From assembly GCA_035283685.1 (NCBI GenBank), contig DATETJ010000002.1:421362-485361 (forward strand): a stretch of 64,000 nucleotides of DNA, given 5' to 3'. The stretch's first letter is position 1. Each line of letters starts with the position of its first letter. The DNA comes from Candidatus Bathyarchaeia archaeon (GTDB lineage Archaea; Thermoproteota; Bathyarchaeia; Bathyarchaeales; Bathyarchaeaceae). The notes under the pieces are model-generated. The model saw nothing but the letters and a program-made list of their open reading frames with translations. It had not been told where the DNA came from and searched no databases. A program made the translations under genes and the position numbers. This document shows, in pieces, positions 28,593-38,689 of this stretch.

Positions 28593-31391
28593 TTAGAGGT
28601 AGCGCTTCTTTTCTTTTCGCCAAAGCAACAGCATGCCGCCGATGAGCCCTATAGAAGCTATTGACAAAGCAGCCATCTTCGGAGTCTCACGTTCCCATGT
28701 GGATTTGACAACGAAGGTCCTAATGTTTGTTCCAGAAGCCAACATCGTCTCTGTTGCTTGACTGGCTCCAACAATCAGAGTGTAAGTTCCTGTCATTGAA
28801 CCTTTTCCCTCGATGACGCACTTGACGCTGTAAAGACCCACTGCAACTCTGTTAGGCGTCAGCTCTTGAGTTGTTCCATCTGGTTTCTGAAGTTGAACAT
28901 TAAGAGACGTGACATCGATTGCAGTTCCTTTGAACACTGTTTGTATGTGGAATTCAGCTGTCTCGCCTTTGAAGTAGATGGCGCCGACGTCCAAATTGAC
29001 ATCTATGGGTGAGGTTTCAATTACTGTAAATGCTGCTTCAACTGTATAGTAACGTGTTGGGTAAGTGTAGGACATCAGGAGCGCTTTGATGACGTGAAGG
29101 CCGGGTGAAGCAGGCGGCACATTGATCGTGGCTTGTAGGTTTCCGCGCTCATCAACTATTGCAAACGAGTAAAACTGATCGTCGAACAACAGCAGTTGTG
29201 TGATTCCATAGCTATAGTATGGAAAACCAGTGCCCATAACCCTAACTGTCGTAGCGGCGGGGCCTGAAGTTGGGTCTATGCTGAGATAGGGAATGACTTC
29301 GAAGGCTCTTTCGGCGACAGCTCTAGTTGTCACATCTTGAACTCGCGTATACTGCACACCCTCGATCGAGGGTGGAACGTTGAAAGAGAACCCAAAGTCC
29401 CCGTTTGGGTTTGCCGTAGCTGTACCTATTAAGGTGTAGTTGTAGAACCAGCCGCCGTAAGGGGTAAAGGCACGTGAGCCCCAGTAGATATTCACGTAGC
29501 CATTTGGGGTGGCACGGGAACCCGTAATGGAGACCAAAGTGCCCACGATTCCCTTTTCTGGCATGATTGAAACCTCTATCCTTGGCAAGACAACTAGTAG
29601 AGCTTGAACTGTAACTGTAAATCCATCGTTGTCGATGGCTGTTAAAGTCACTGTGTAAGTTCCAGCGGTAGCATAGATGTGGGACGCGCTGGGGCCAGAG
29701 CCAAATGCTCCGTCGCCGAAGTTCCATGAGTAACTGACGATCCAACCGTCTGGGTCATAAGCATTAGCAATGAAAACTACTGTCTCATTTTCCACTGGGT
29801 TCTGTGGCATCCATTCAGGAGATAGCGTTGGCTGAGCGTACACTCGTACCATTTTCCGTATACTGCTCGTCTTTTCCTCGTTGTCAACAACTGTCAGGGT
29901 GACCCAGTAGTAACCCATCGCGCCAAAGGCGTGGGCGACTTCAGGAGTCGACCTGACCGCTGTGGTTCCATCATTGAAGTCCCAGATGTATCTCTCTATC
30001 ATGCCGTCAAGATCGTAACTGAGTGAGGCATCAAATGCTATCGTTTCATTCAAGAGCGGTTTTGACGGGGCGTACGCGTAGTTTGCTATTGGCACACCAG
30101 ACGGTGCTTCTGAAATAACGTAGCCGTCAGTTGCTGTATGTTCAATTGGATTCGGAATAGAATCTCTCAGCTTGGTATCAAAGAGATCCAAAACACTGTT
30201 GCCAACATCGCTCACAAAGAATCGAACCGTGGCTAACGTTCCGCTTCCGCTCACCCCTTGAACGCCTGCGCCGAGCCTAGTGCATCCGACTACAACGTAG
30301 TCACTTCCAATCTGATCTTCGTAGGTCGCGCTTATGAAATATGTTGCTTGCTGCTCGATTCCTTTGAGGAAGTCGCCTTCCTCGACGCTGACAAAGTCAA
30401 GCAGACGGGCCTCCCAACCAAGTTTTATTTCCCACGCGAAGACGTTTGTGGCATTTGCTATTCGTATGTCGACCGTGAAGAACTCATGGGGAATCGTGGT
30501 TACTGAAGAGGGAGCAATATAGATTGATGTCAGGGGGCTAGGCGGCGGCTCAGTTGTGACAGTTATGAGAGCTGTTGCATTATCGGTGAATCCATCATTG
30601 TCGGTGACAGTCAAGGTCACAAGGTAAGTGTCTGCAATTGCATAAGCATGAGTCGTGATTGGATCAGCTTCAGCTGAATAAGTGGTATCGCCAAAATTCC
30701 AGATGTAAGTAGCGATTGTTCCATCTGCATCGTAGCTCAATGAGGCGTCGAAGACTACCGTGACACCCACACTTGGAGCGAGAGGTGAGTAAGTGAAAAC
30801 AGCTTGAGGTGCGCTGCCGATGAAGTATCCATCGGCTACATCGTGGGGTATCCCTGCGCTGGTTGAGTCTAGGAGTATGGTGTCGTGGAGGTCGAGTGGG
30901 CTTTCGCCACCTCCAACCACTTCAAAGATCACTGTTGCTAACCAGCCGTCTCCGTAGACACCCCCCACTTGGCCAAGGATAGTGGCGGCGGCTCGAACCA
31001 AGCCAGCGGCATTGTTAGTGTTCCAGGTGAAGTAGGTTGTGCCACCTATCATCAGGAAGTCGCCCTCAATGACGTCGGTGACACTCAACACTCCGTCGAT
31101 AAGGCCGCTGAACGACATTTGGAACTGCCACGATTTCAAGTCCATGACTGCCTCTATCATAATGTTAACTGCAAAGACATCGCCAGGCACCAGACCTTCC
31201 GTCAATTGTGGATCAACATAAACTCTTGTCAAAGCTTGAGCTGAAGCCGGAGGAACAAAAGAGCCAGGAATCATCGTGCTTGCGTGCATTGTTGCTGGGA
31301 AGATGGTTACAATCAGGATCACAAGCCACAGAAACTTGCGACAAATTATCTTGTTTAGCATTCTTTTGTACATTCCTTTTTCTCTCTCCAA
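28593..31391 (-). CDS. Membrane-anchored surface protein with two cohesin-like modules, three PKD domains and Ig-like repeats (scaffoldin-like)
   Basis: 932 aa with a signal/TM segment. Cohesin class 1 covers aa 57-192 (nt 30816-31223; VYVDPQ...KSWQFQMSF...GDGWLATVIF). Cohesin class 2 covers aa 289-427 (nt 30111-30527; NVFAWEIKLGW...GSGTLATVRF). The PKD motifs are FDASLSYDxDG...WNFGD/WDFND. A C-terminal TM helix plus KEKKRYL follows. Confidence 0.8.
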   Translation of the reverse strand: MEREKGMYKRMLNKIICRKFLWLVILIVTIFPATMHASTMIPGSFVPPASAQALTRVYVDPQLTEGLVPGDVFAVNIMIEAVMDLKSWQFQMSFSGLIDGVLSVTDVIEGDFLMIGGTTYFTWNTNNAAGLVRAAATILGQVGGVYGDGWLATVIFEVVGGGESPLDLHDTILLDSTSAGIPHDVADGYFIGSAPQAVFTYSPLAPSVGVTVVFDASLSYDADGTIATYIWNFGDTTYSAEADPITTHAYAIADTYLVTLTVTDNDGFTDNATALITVTTEPPPSPLTSIYIAPSSVTTIPHEFFTVDIRIANATNVFAWEIKLGWEARLLDFVSVEEGDFLKGIEQQATYFISATYEDQIGSDYVVVGCTRLGAGVQGVSGSGTLATVRFFVSDVGNSVLDLFDTKLRDSIPNPIEHTATDGYVISEAPSGVPIANYAYAPSKPLLNETIAFDASLSYDLDGMIERYIWDFNDGTTAVRSTPEVAHAFGAMGYYWVTLTVVDNEEKTSSIRKMVRVYAQPTLSPEWMPQNPVENETVVFIANAYDPDGWIVSYSWNFGDGAFGSGPSASHIYATAGTYTVTLTAIDNDGFTVTVQALLVVLPRIEVSIMPEKGIVGTLVSITGSRATPNGYVNIYWGSRAFTPYGGWFYNYTLIGTATANPNGDFGFSFNVPPSIEGVQYTRVQDVTTRAVAERAFEVIPYLSIDPTSGPAATTVRVMGTGFPYYSYGITQLLLFDDQFYSFAIVDERGNLQATINVPPASPGLHVIKALLMSYTYPTRYYTVEAAFTVIETSPIDVNLDVGAIYFKGETAEFHIQTVFKGTAIDVTSLNVQLQKPDGTTQELTPNRVAVGLYSVKCVIEGKGSMTGTYTLIVGASQATETMLASGTNIRTFVVKSTWERETPKMAALSIASIGLIGGMLLLWRKEKKRYL

Positions 31392-31628
31392 TTAAATCTG
31401 TTGATGCGTTCTCATGAGAGCAGCGCATCGCTTAATCATTGATCAAGTTGATATTTATGGCTTGTGAAAATGTGTTCTATAAGGGCATTCTTGGCAGTTT
31501 CCGAAAACTGGCGTCAACTAGCCTCTGTGCAAACAGTTTTAAGTTGCCAGATCGCTCTAGCTCTTCTCACATGTTGAAGAATGCGCGAACGCTCACTTTC
31601 AAAACGTGAAACAGATGGGGGAGAGAGG

Positions 31629-31916
31629 ATGGATTACAATTACCTCGTTGGAATTGTGGACAAATCAAAATGGCAACCTCTTTCAGACAAGCTCGTTGAT
31701 CTGATCCTCACAACAAAGAACGATGAAAAGATACCAAGCAATCTGGCCAATAACGTTCTTCATCTCTGGAAACAAGACCGTCTAGTCAGCGAGTCGGGCT
31801 TAGCCGCATTGCTAGAGGCAGCACTTAAACTGGAGCCCGAAAAAACCTTGCTTGCCATATCTGATCTTCAACTCGCGGAACTCGGATTCAAAATCAAAGA
31901 GGCCTTGCAACCCTAA
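31629..31916 (+). CDS. Hypothetical protein
   Basis: The start is taken at MDYNYLVG, after a GGGGGAGAGAGG RBS-like stretch. It is 96 aa with no recognisable family. Confidence 0.45.
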   Translation: MDYNYLVGIVDKSKWQPLSDKLVDLILTTKNDEKIPSNLANNVLHLWKQDRLVSESGLAALLEAALKLEPEKTLLAISDLQLAELGFKIKEALQP

Positions 31917-31935
31917 GTGGGAGATGTAGCAAAAA

Positions 31936-32931
31936 ATGGTCAAATTTGGAATCGAGTTTGTCCCTCGAGAACCCTATTGGAAGATCATGTACTATGCTAT
32001 CCAAGCTGAACGCGGCGACTTCAGCAACCTGTGGATAACGGATCACTTTAACAACCGAAACGTATACGCCACACTGGCAACAGCCGCGATCTATACGAAT
32101 AAGATAACGTTTGGTCCGGGCGTAACTAACCCGTACATGGTGAATCCCGTTTTAACTGCACAGGCCATCGCCACACTGGACGAGATGGCGCCGGGCAGAG
32201 TGGTGCTTGGAATTGGCGCGGGAGACAAGACGACCCTTGACACAGTGGGCGTTGAAATGCGGAAGCCACTAACAGCCATTCAAGAATCAATCGCCATCAT
32301 AAGACAAATGATCAAAGGCGAAACAGTAGCCTATCAAGGCGAAGTTTTCAAGACTGCAGGTGCCAAATTCCTTTTCAAACCTCGCGGCAAGATTTCCGTA
32401 TATGTGGGTGCTCAGGGTCCAAAAATGCTGGCGCTTGCTGGAAAAATCGGTGACGGCGTACTCATCAACGCCTGCCACCCAAGAGACGTGGAATACGCTG
32501 TGAACTGCGTAAAGGAAGGCGTCAGCGAAGCAGGTAAACAGCTAGGTGAAGTGGATGTTGCTGCCTACACATCCTTTAGTGTGCACGAAGACATAAAGAA
32601 AGCCAACAAAGCAGCAATACCAGTAGTATCCTTCATCGTGGCTGGGAGCCCGCCCCAGTTGCTGGAGCGCCACGGCATAGACGTGAAAAAAGCAGAAGAA
32701 ATCAAAGAAGCGCTTAAAGCGAATGATTGGGGGCGAGCCTTTGGAGGAGTAACGCCTGAAATGATAGGTGCATTTTCGGTGTGCGGCACTCCAGACATGT
32801 GTGCAGAGCGCATAGCCGAACTCTTAAAGTCAGGTATATCTCAATTCGTGGTAGGTTCGCCGATAGGCGTCAATGTCAGAGAAGCCATAAAACTCATCAG
32901 CGAGAAAATAATTCCGCACTTCAAAACGTGA
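31936..32931 (+). CDS. Luciferase-like (LLM) F420-dependent oxidoreductase, Mer-like (methylene-H4MPT reductase family)
   Basis: 331 aa. The stretches MVKFGIEFVPREP...LWITDHFNNRNVY, LGIGAGD and VGAQGPKML are characteristic of the Mer/LLM family. Confidence 0.75.
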   Translation: MVKFGIEFVPREPYWKIMYYAIQAERGDFSNLWITDHFNNRNVYATLATAAIYTNKITFGPGVTNPYMVNPVLTAQAIATLDEMAPGRVVLGIGAGDKTTLDTVGVEMRKPLTAIQESIAIIRQMIKGETVAYQGEVFKTAGAKFLFKPRGKISVYVGAQGPKMLALAGKIGDGVLINACHPRDVEYAVNCVKEGVSEAGKQLGEVDVAAYTSFSVHEDIKKANKAAIPVVSFIVAGSPPQLLERHGIDVKKAEEIKEALKANDWGRAFGGVTPEMIGAFSVCGTPDMCAERIAELLKSGISQFVVGSPIGVNVREAIKLISEKIIPHFKT

Positions 32932-32942
32932 CTATGAACGCG

Positions 32943-34133
32943 CTATTTGAAGCAGTATTTGATTTCTCGAAACTCTTTAACAAACCTCGCCACTTCCTTC
33001 CTGACTCTTGCGGGCTCTTCGCGGTCTTTAACCACTCGCTTGATGAACTCAGCAACTCTATGCATTTCTTTCTGTTTCATGCCTCTCCGTGTGATCTCGC
33101 CTAGGCCAAGTCTTACACCGCAATCAGCGATTATGTTAGCTCTTTCCAGTTTTCCAGCGATTCTTCGACCATTTCCGAAGCCTCCGTAGTTCAGAAAGAT
33201 CTGATGAGACTTGGTGAATCCCAGACCTGCTCCAGCGACTGGAAAGTCGTACTCTGCAAGAGTCTTAGCCAATGCCCTTGCGTTACTGACAACTTGCGAG
33301 GCGTATTCCTCTCCAAACCTCTTCATCTCTGCCAGAGACAGAGTCAGTGCGGCAATGCGATTCCAGTGGGCATTGTCGACCAAACCGGGGAAGATGTGAC
33401 GCTTCAAGATCTCGCCGTGCTCTTTGTCCGCCAGAATTATCCCTCCTTGAGGTCCAAAGAAGCTCTTATGGGTCGATCCGAACAACATTGTGGCGCCTTC
33501 GCGAAGTGGGTCTTGAAACTTCTTGCCGGCAATCAAGCCTAGCACATGGGAGCCGTCATAGGCAACCTCAGCGTTTACTTCGCGCGCCACTTTTGCCAAC
33601 GCCCTGATTGGATGGGGAAATAGGAAGAGGCTAGCTCCAAAAACAACCAAGCGCGGTCTCTTCTTCGTAATAAGCTCAATGGCCTCGTCTACTGCTATGT
33701 TCATCTGGTCTTTCAAAAAGGGAAACCCGGCTACCTTGATTTGTAGAAAGCGTGGAATCCCCTGTTTCCAGATTCCTGGATATCCCCCATCCTTTGCTGA
33801 AACGCACATCACTGTGTCGTTCGGTTTTGTGAACAAGGAAAGCACTATCAGGTCAGCGATGTGCCCTGATAGTGGGCGCAGGTCAGCGGTTTCAGCGCCG
33901 AAGACCTGTTTTGCCAGTTCTTCGCCGTGTGATTCGATTTCGTCAATGAAGCGTGTACCTTTGTAGAACTTGTCTTTTGAGGTGTACCTGTGTCCAAGGT
34001 CTGATGACAAAAGCGAACGAACCATGGGGCTTGTGACGTTTTCGGAAGGAATGAGGTTGAGGGTTTCTTCTTCACGCCATTCCTCATGTCGCCTAGTGAG
34101 AGAGATCACTTCATCAATCATATGGCTACCCAC
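32943..34133 (-). CDS. glyA: Serine hydroxymethyltransferase
   Basis: It has LNLIPSENVTSPMV and GSTHKSFFGPQGG (PLP lysine motif), with overall SHMT colinearity. Confidence 0.9.
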   Translation of the reverse strand: MGSHMIDEVISLTRRHEEWREEETLNLIPSENVTSPMVRSLLSSDLGHRYTSKDKFYKGTRFIDEIESHGEELAKQVFGAETADLRPLSGHIADLIVLSLFTKPNDTVMCVSAKDGGYPGIWKQGIPRFLQIKVAGFPFLKDQMNIAVDEAIELITKKRPRLVVFGASLFLFPHPIRALAKVAREVNAEVAYDGSHVLGLIAGKKFQDPLREGATMLFGSTHKSFFGPQGGIILADKEHGEILKRHIFPGLVDNAHWNRIAALTLSLAEMKRFGEEYASQVVSNARALAKTLAEYDFPVAGAGLGFTKSHQIFLNYGGFGNGRRIAGKLERANIIADCGVRLGLGEITRRGMKQKEMHRVAEFIKRVVKDREEPARVRKEVARFVKEFREIKYCFK

Positions 34134-34558
34134 GCAGTTTGGGAAGCATGTTCCGCTCTATTTATGTTTTATTTAAAACTGGAACCGATCGAAAGGGACA
34201 GAAAGATGGAAACGGTGTGGAGGCTACTTTGAACGCTGTCTTCTTACGGCGTCTACAGTTGCGGCGCCCAGAGTCAACAGTGCAAACAGTGACCAAATGG
34301 CTATGGTTCTGACGATCTCATTGTTCAATCCTAAGAAGAGGCTGAAAACATACCAAAGCGCGACCACTGCTGATGGAATTGCTGCAACGAGCCAAAGCTC
34401 CCACCAAGTGTAGATCTCAAGTAGGTCTCTGAGCCACCCGAGGATGAAAAGCCCTCCCTTTCAGTGAAGTTACAAAAGTGAAATGAGTATTTTTAGCTTT
34501 CTGTTAGTCTAAACCATAATTGCATATAGTGCCAACGCGGGACATCAGAAAATCGTTC

Positions 34559-36886
34559 TCATGCTTTTCTGCGAATTCTGAAGAAATAGACTAAGATGGC
34601 TATTACTGCGATGATTATTGCCGAGATTGTTATGATGACCCATGTTGGTGGAAATGGTGTTGGTGGCGGTTCTTCCGTGGCTTCTATGGTGAAAACCCTT
34701 TTTTCGGATGCTCCTGCGTTTCCAACGGCATCCAGAGCATAGACTGTAATGCTGTGAAAGCCTATGGGTAAATTGGTCAGCGTGATATTGCCTGTGACGG
34801 TTACGTTTGGTCGGTTGTCGAGGCTGTATGCCATCCATGTCGCTGGTTCGTTTACTGTGAAGGTCAATGGTATGTCAATTGTGTCTTGGGTTGTAGTGTA
34901 GGTTTTGTTTTCCGGGGAAACAATCGTGATTATTGGAGGCGACGTGTCGTTGGATGTAACTAAGATGGTGAAGTAAGTTCTTTCTGAGTAGCCCATGTTT
35001 CCCAGCGTGTCGTTTGCGTAGATTGCAACTGCGTGGGTTCCGTTCGACAGGTTGGTTATTGTGGTGTTGCCGCTTATTGACAGGTTCGCAGTGCTGTCTA
35101 AGCTGTAGCCAATCCACGCCGTAGTTTCACTAATGGTGAATGTTAACGGAACGCCTCTTGCGTTGTAAGTTGCGTTCTGAGGTGACAGTATCTGAATGAA
35201 GGGTGGTGTGGCGTCGACTGAAAAATTGATTGTTGTGGAGTTGCCGAAGTTTCCTGCCGTGTCATTTGCGTAGACTGCTATTGTGTGTGGTCCATCCGTT
35301 AAACTAGTAAGAGTTGTGTTACCGCTTATGGTTGCGTTGCCTTGGCCGTTTAGGCTGTAGCCTATCCACGAGGCTGGTTCGTTTACTGTGAAGGTTAGTG
35401 GAACGTCTCTTGTGTTGTAAGCCTTAGGTTGGGGTGAGAGTATCGAGATGCTTGGCGATGTAATATCTGGCGGTATGCCTTGAATTGATATCTCGTGCGT
35501 TGAGTGCGGATATGCGAAGTAGATCCATCTGTGAGTTGCATTGTCGTACAATGTACCATTCAGAACAAGCGGAACAGTCTGTCCGTTGTCGATTAGGATC
35601 GTGTAAGGTGGGCCTATCAGAGCCTTTTGAATGGTCACGCGTATGAAGCCAGATAACTGAGTTTGAGACGAATTAGTAACGCGCATTTTGATCGTCCCAT
35701 TATCGTTAAAGTAGGCGAAGTCCTCGATTGTTGAGTTTGAAATTGTATTAACGCGGCGGTCTGGAAATGGCTGAAAACTTGAAAACCGCCCGACCAAAGG
35801 ATAGGTGTCATTGTTGTTTGCATCTACTGCATGCGAGGTGTCTCCTATTCCATCGCTCCCAGTCACATTTCGGCCTGCACCGCTGTAAAAATCGACTCCA
35901 ACGTAGTTGTCCCAGAAGTTGCCGCCAACAGGATAGTCATCATCGAAAAGATTGGAGTAAATGGAAAAGCTAGGGGGATTTACATGGATGCTGTTGTCGA
36001 TGAAATTGTTTTGGGCGATTCTGTTGTTGGATGAGTTGACGATCTGAAGTCCATACGGGTTGTTGATTAGTGTGTTTCCTGAGATGGTGTTGTTGTTTGA
36101 TGTAGGCAAAAAGTAGATACCGCCAAACGTGTTATTTGCTATGGTATTTCCGATGATCGTGTTGTTGAACGATGAAGAAAGATAAATGCTCCACTGGCTG
36201 CCTGTCATCATGTTCTCGGAGATCGTGTTAAGAGATGTGAGTCGGAACCAGACGCCGAACGAGTTTCGTCTCAGTGTGTTATTATGAAAGGTATTGTAAT
36301 TTGATGCTCCGTCAAACGTTGCGCCGAAGTATGTGTCTGTTATGTTGTTTTCAAAAATTCTGTTAAAGGTCGAGGAGGACAGGCACTCGATGCCGTTGGT
36401 TTGAACTATCGCAGTGGCGTTTCCGGCAATTGTATTCTTGGCGATGATGTTGTAAGAGGAGTCGGTCAGCTGCACGCCATGCATGCCATAGAGAGCGCGC
36501 GATTGTATGTAGTTTCCTGTGATGTTGTTGTTATTTGAGATGTCAAGGGAAATTCCAAACTCGAAATTAATGATTCTGGTTTTCCTGATTGTTACATTGT
36601 TTACTTGGTCTATAGTGAAGCCGACTCCTATGCCGACTCCATTCAGCGCGTAGCCGTTGCCGTCGATTATGATATTGCTCCTCTGGATTATAATTTCGTC
36701 AGAAATGTTAGCGGTCAAGGCGTACAAGTCGCCGACTCGTTGAATGGCGGAGGTTGGGGGTTCAACCAAGCCGTTGGATCTGATAAAAATAGCTGGGCTC
36801 GCTCTCGCTACGTTGATTCTAGCTGTGGTGAATAGAATAGAACAGGCAAGCGTGAGAATAATTAGTCCTGATGATGTTTTGTTCAT
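34559..36886 (-). CDS. Surface protein: right-handed parallel beta-helix (PbH1/NosD-like) repeats + three tandem Ig-like modules + C-terminal TM anchor
   Basis: 775 aa with a signal peptide. It has many N-x-I-x-G-N/NNTI repeats and numerous N-x-S/T sequons. The C-terminus is a Pro-rich linker, a TM helix and RIRRKA. Confidence 0.75.
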   Translation of the reverse strand: MNKTSSGLIILTLACSILFTTARINVARASPAIFIRSNGLVEPPTSAIQRVGDLYALTANISDEIIIQRSNIIIDGNGYALNGVGIGVGFTIDQVNNVTIRKTRIINFEFGISLDISNNNNITGNYIQSRALYGMHGVQLTDSSYNIIAKNTIAGNATAIVQTNGIECLSSSTFNRIFENNITDTYFGATFDGASNYNTFHNNTLRRNSFGVWFRLTSLNTISENMMTGSQWSIYLSSSFNNTIIGNTIANNTFGGIYFLPTSNNNTISGNTLINNPYGLQIVNSSNNRIAQNNFIDNSIHVNPPSFSIYSNLFDDDYPVGGNFWDNYVGVDFYSGAGRNVTGSDGIGDTSHAVDANNNDTYPLVGRFSSFQPFPDRRVNTISNSTIEDFAYFNDNGTIKMRVTNSSQTQLSGFIRVTIQKALIGPPYTILIDNGQTVPLVLNGTLYDNATHRWIYFAYPHSTHEISIQGIPPDITSPSISILSPQPKAYNTRDVPLTFTVNEPASWIGYSLNGQGNATISGNTTLTSLTDGPHTIAVYANDTAGNFGNSTTINFSVDATPPFIQILSPQNATYNARGVPLTFTISETTAWIGYSLDSTANLSISGNTTITNLSNGTHAVAIYANDTLGNMGYSERTYFTILVTSNDTSPPIITIVSPENKTYTTTQDTIDIPLTFTVNEPATWMAYSLDNRPNVTVTGNITLTNLPIGFHSITVYALDAVGNAGASEKRVFTIEATEEPPPTPFPPTWVIITISAIIIAVIAILVYFFRIRRKA
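34679..35467 (-). repeat. Three tandem in-frame modules of about 85-90 aa inside the beta-helix surface protein
   Basis: The repeated pattern is I(S/Q/T)ILSPxN.TY....(V/I)PLTFT(V/I).E...W(I/M).YSL......(I/V)(S/T)GN(T/I)T(L/I)TNL..G.H...(V/I)YA.D..GN, seen at aa 474-558, 559-645 and 646-736. Confidence 0.7.
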
Positions 36887-37114
36887 CGTTGAAGACCGAT
36901 TAAACGTTCTCTTTCTGATTCTTATGAGTTGTGGAAGAGTATTCCAGAAGCGTGCAACTTAGAACTAGGCTAATCGCTTCGCATCATTTATGCATTCCAG
37001 CATTCAGATCACGGTGAACTATGGAATCATTAATCACAGCATGTCATGCTCAGCCACATCAAAGTATATTAACCTCTTTAAAGTTACATAGAAATCCCGG
37101 GAGAGAGAAGCAGC

Positions 37115-37303
37115 ATGGCTGCATGGCGGTACATAACGATACAGCCTAATCTGTACAGCCGTTTTGAAGGCGAAATCAAGTGTTCACGATGCGGCCACAA
37201 TATGGCTTTAGGCGAAAAGGCGTGGGCGCACATGTGCCCGAGAAAACAGGAGTCGTACACGGAGTATTTCTGTTTGCTTTGCTTCAAGAAACTGTGGATA
37301 TAA
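37115..37303 (+). CDS. Small Cys-rich (zinc-ribbon-like) protein
   Basis: 62 aa with CSRC...C and CLLC pairs. It lies directly upstream of the CcdA-like gene. This is a weak call. Confidence 0.4.
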   Translation: MAAWRYITIQPNLYSRFEGEIKCSRCGHNMALGEKAWAHMCPRKQESYTEYFCLLCFKKLWI

Positions 37304-37361
37304 GAGTATCAAGTGATCACCTGTTACATCTCCTGAGCGCAGGTCCATTTGGAGGAGAATT

Positions 37362-38633
37362 ATGAAACTAAAGATATTCACTGTGCTTCTCGTTGTGGTC
37401 ACTTTCTTCGTTCTCATCGGGCACACGCGCTCTGCGGACCCAGTGAGAATTGAATACTTTTACGTTGGTGTTTCCGACAGTTGTCCAACATGCCCTAGAG
37501 ATCTTGATGAGAAACGTGTCACAGAAGAAGTCGTCAGACCTCTTCAAACAGAATACAGCGATCAGATAACTGTAGAAGAAATAAACATCGTGACATCTCA
37601 GGGCTTGGAGAGATGGAACGTTTACAAGTCCGCCTATGGTCTAACGTTGCCTCGTCCCACTGTAGTAGTTAGCCCAACCGCCGCGGTCAACAGCACATTG
37701 GTAAAACAGGATTTCCCCCAAGACCCAATAACAAAAGACTGGCTTGCAGCCACAATCGACCAGTATCTCGGAAAAGTCGACACTAATCCCTTCAAACCAG
37801 TTGTAGGTTCGTTTCAACGCTTGCTTTCTTCACCTGGGTTTGTTGCTTTTTCCATGGGCTTTATCAACGGCTTTTCACCGTGTTTGATGGCGATGTTAGC
37901 CTTCATTCTCACATACAGCGCAGGCACCAGTAAAGGCCTTAAGAGCGGCATCAGCAGAACTATGATTTTTGGGCTGGGTCTAGTGACAGCAATCATGATT
38001 GTGGGCATTTCGATTCTTCTTTTGCAAGTCCCATTGCATCCAGTGCTAATCTACTTGCATTCGCTCACTTGGATCTCCGCAATCATCATGGTGATCATTG
38101 GCTTGAACCTAATGGGTCTGCTCAACCTGCCTATTAGCACCAAGCCCTTTATACAACGGTTAACTGGCAAATTCGGTCATAGTCAAACGGGGCTCTTCTT
38201 TTTCGGTATAATATTCTTTTTTGTTAAGGCGCCGTGCGCTTTCCCCTTGTTTATTTTGCTCTTAGCCAATATCATGGTGGAAGCCAGCCTGGCAAGCGTA
38301 GGCTATTTTCTGGCATTTAGCCTCGGTCTACTGATCCCCTTCATTGCCGTTGGCATTATCGGTGGCGGGACACCAGAACTGGCCAAAGCGATTCGCGAGA
38401 AGCATCGGCTTAAGATTCGCGCTCTCAGCGGATTTATCCTCATAGTTTACGCTGTACTTCTGGTTTTATCTGTCGCAGGTTACCCTGTATTTGGCGATTC
38501 AACAAGCTCATTAATCATAAGCTGGTTTCCCGCTACGTTGTTGCTGGTTGCAGCAATCATCCTAGGTTATCTGGTGTTAGTCAGACTAGCTAGAAGGAGA
38601 AAACAGTCTTTGCCACCTGCAACTGTAGCTTGA
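37362..38633 (+). CDS. CcdA/DsbD-family thiol-disulfide transporter with N-terminal CxxC domain
   Basis: It has a GGAGGAG RBS and a signal peptide. An extracytoplasmic domain carries CPTCP. The membrane domain has NGFSPCLMAMLAFIL and KAPCAFPLF (the two conserved Cys of CcdA). Confidence 0.75.
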   Translation: MKLKIFTVLLVVVTFFVLIGHTRSADPVRIEYFYVGVSDSCPTCPRDLDEKRVTEEVVRPLQTEYSDQITVEEINIVTSQGLERWNVYKSAYGLTLPRPTVVVSPTAAVNSTLVKQDFPQDPITKDWLAATIDQYLGKVDTNPFKPVVGSFQRLLSSPGFVAFSMGFINGFSPCLMAMLAFILTYSAGTSKGLKSGISRTMIFGLGLVTAIMIVGISILLLQVPLHPVLIYLHSLTWISAIIMVIIGLNLMGLLNLPISTKPFIQRLTGKFGHSQTGLFFFGIIFFFVKAPCAFPLFILLLANIMVEASLASVGYFLAFSLGLLIPFIAVGIIGGGTPELAKAIREKHRLKIRALSGFILIVYAVLLVLSVAGYPVFGDSTSSLIISWFPATLLLVAAIILGYLVLVRLARRRKQSLPPATVA

Positions 38634-38689
38634 GGTTTTGATGCGCAAGCGCAGAGCGAGTTGATATGTCCCTTGGAGACCTCGCAATT

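Noticed and set aside
31039-31221. Similar peptides encoded by antisense ORFs at 31039-31221, 46735-47175 and 51875-52063 that might look like a conserved small-protein family
   Set aside because: They lie antisense to the three class-1 cohesin modules. Their similarity is a by-product of the cohesin DNA repeats.
34224-34445. Small two-TM ORF on the minus strand (ILGWLRDLLEIYTWWELWLVAAIP...RRQRSK) between glyA and the beta-helix gene
   Set aside because: The open frame starts right after an in-frame TGA. No ATG, GTG or TTG occurs until far into the sequence, which would leave about 45 aa. It is not confidently coding.
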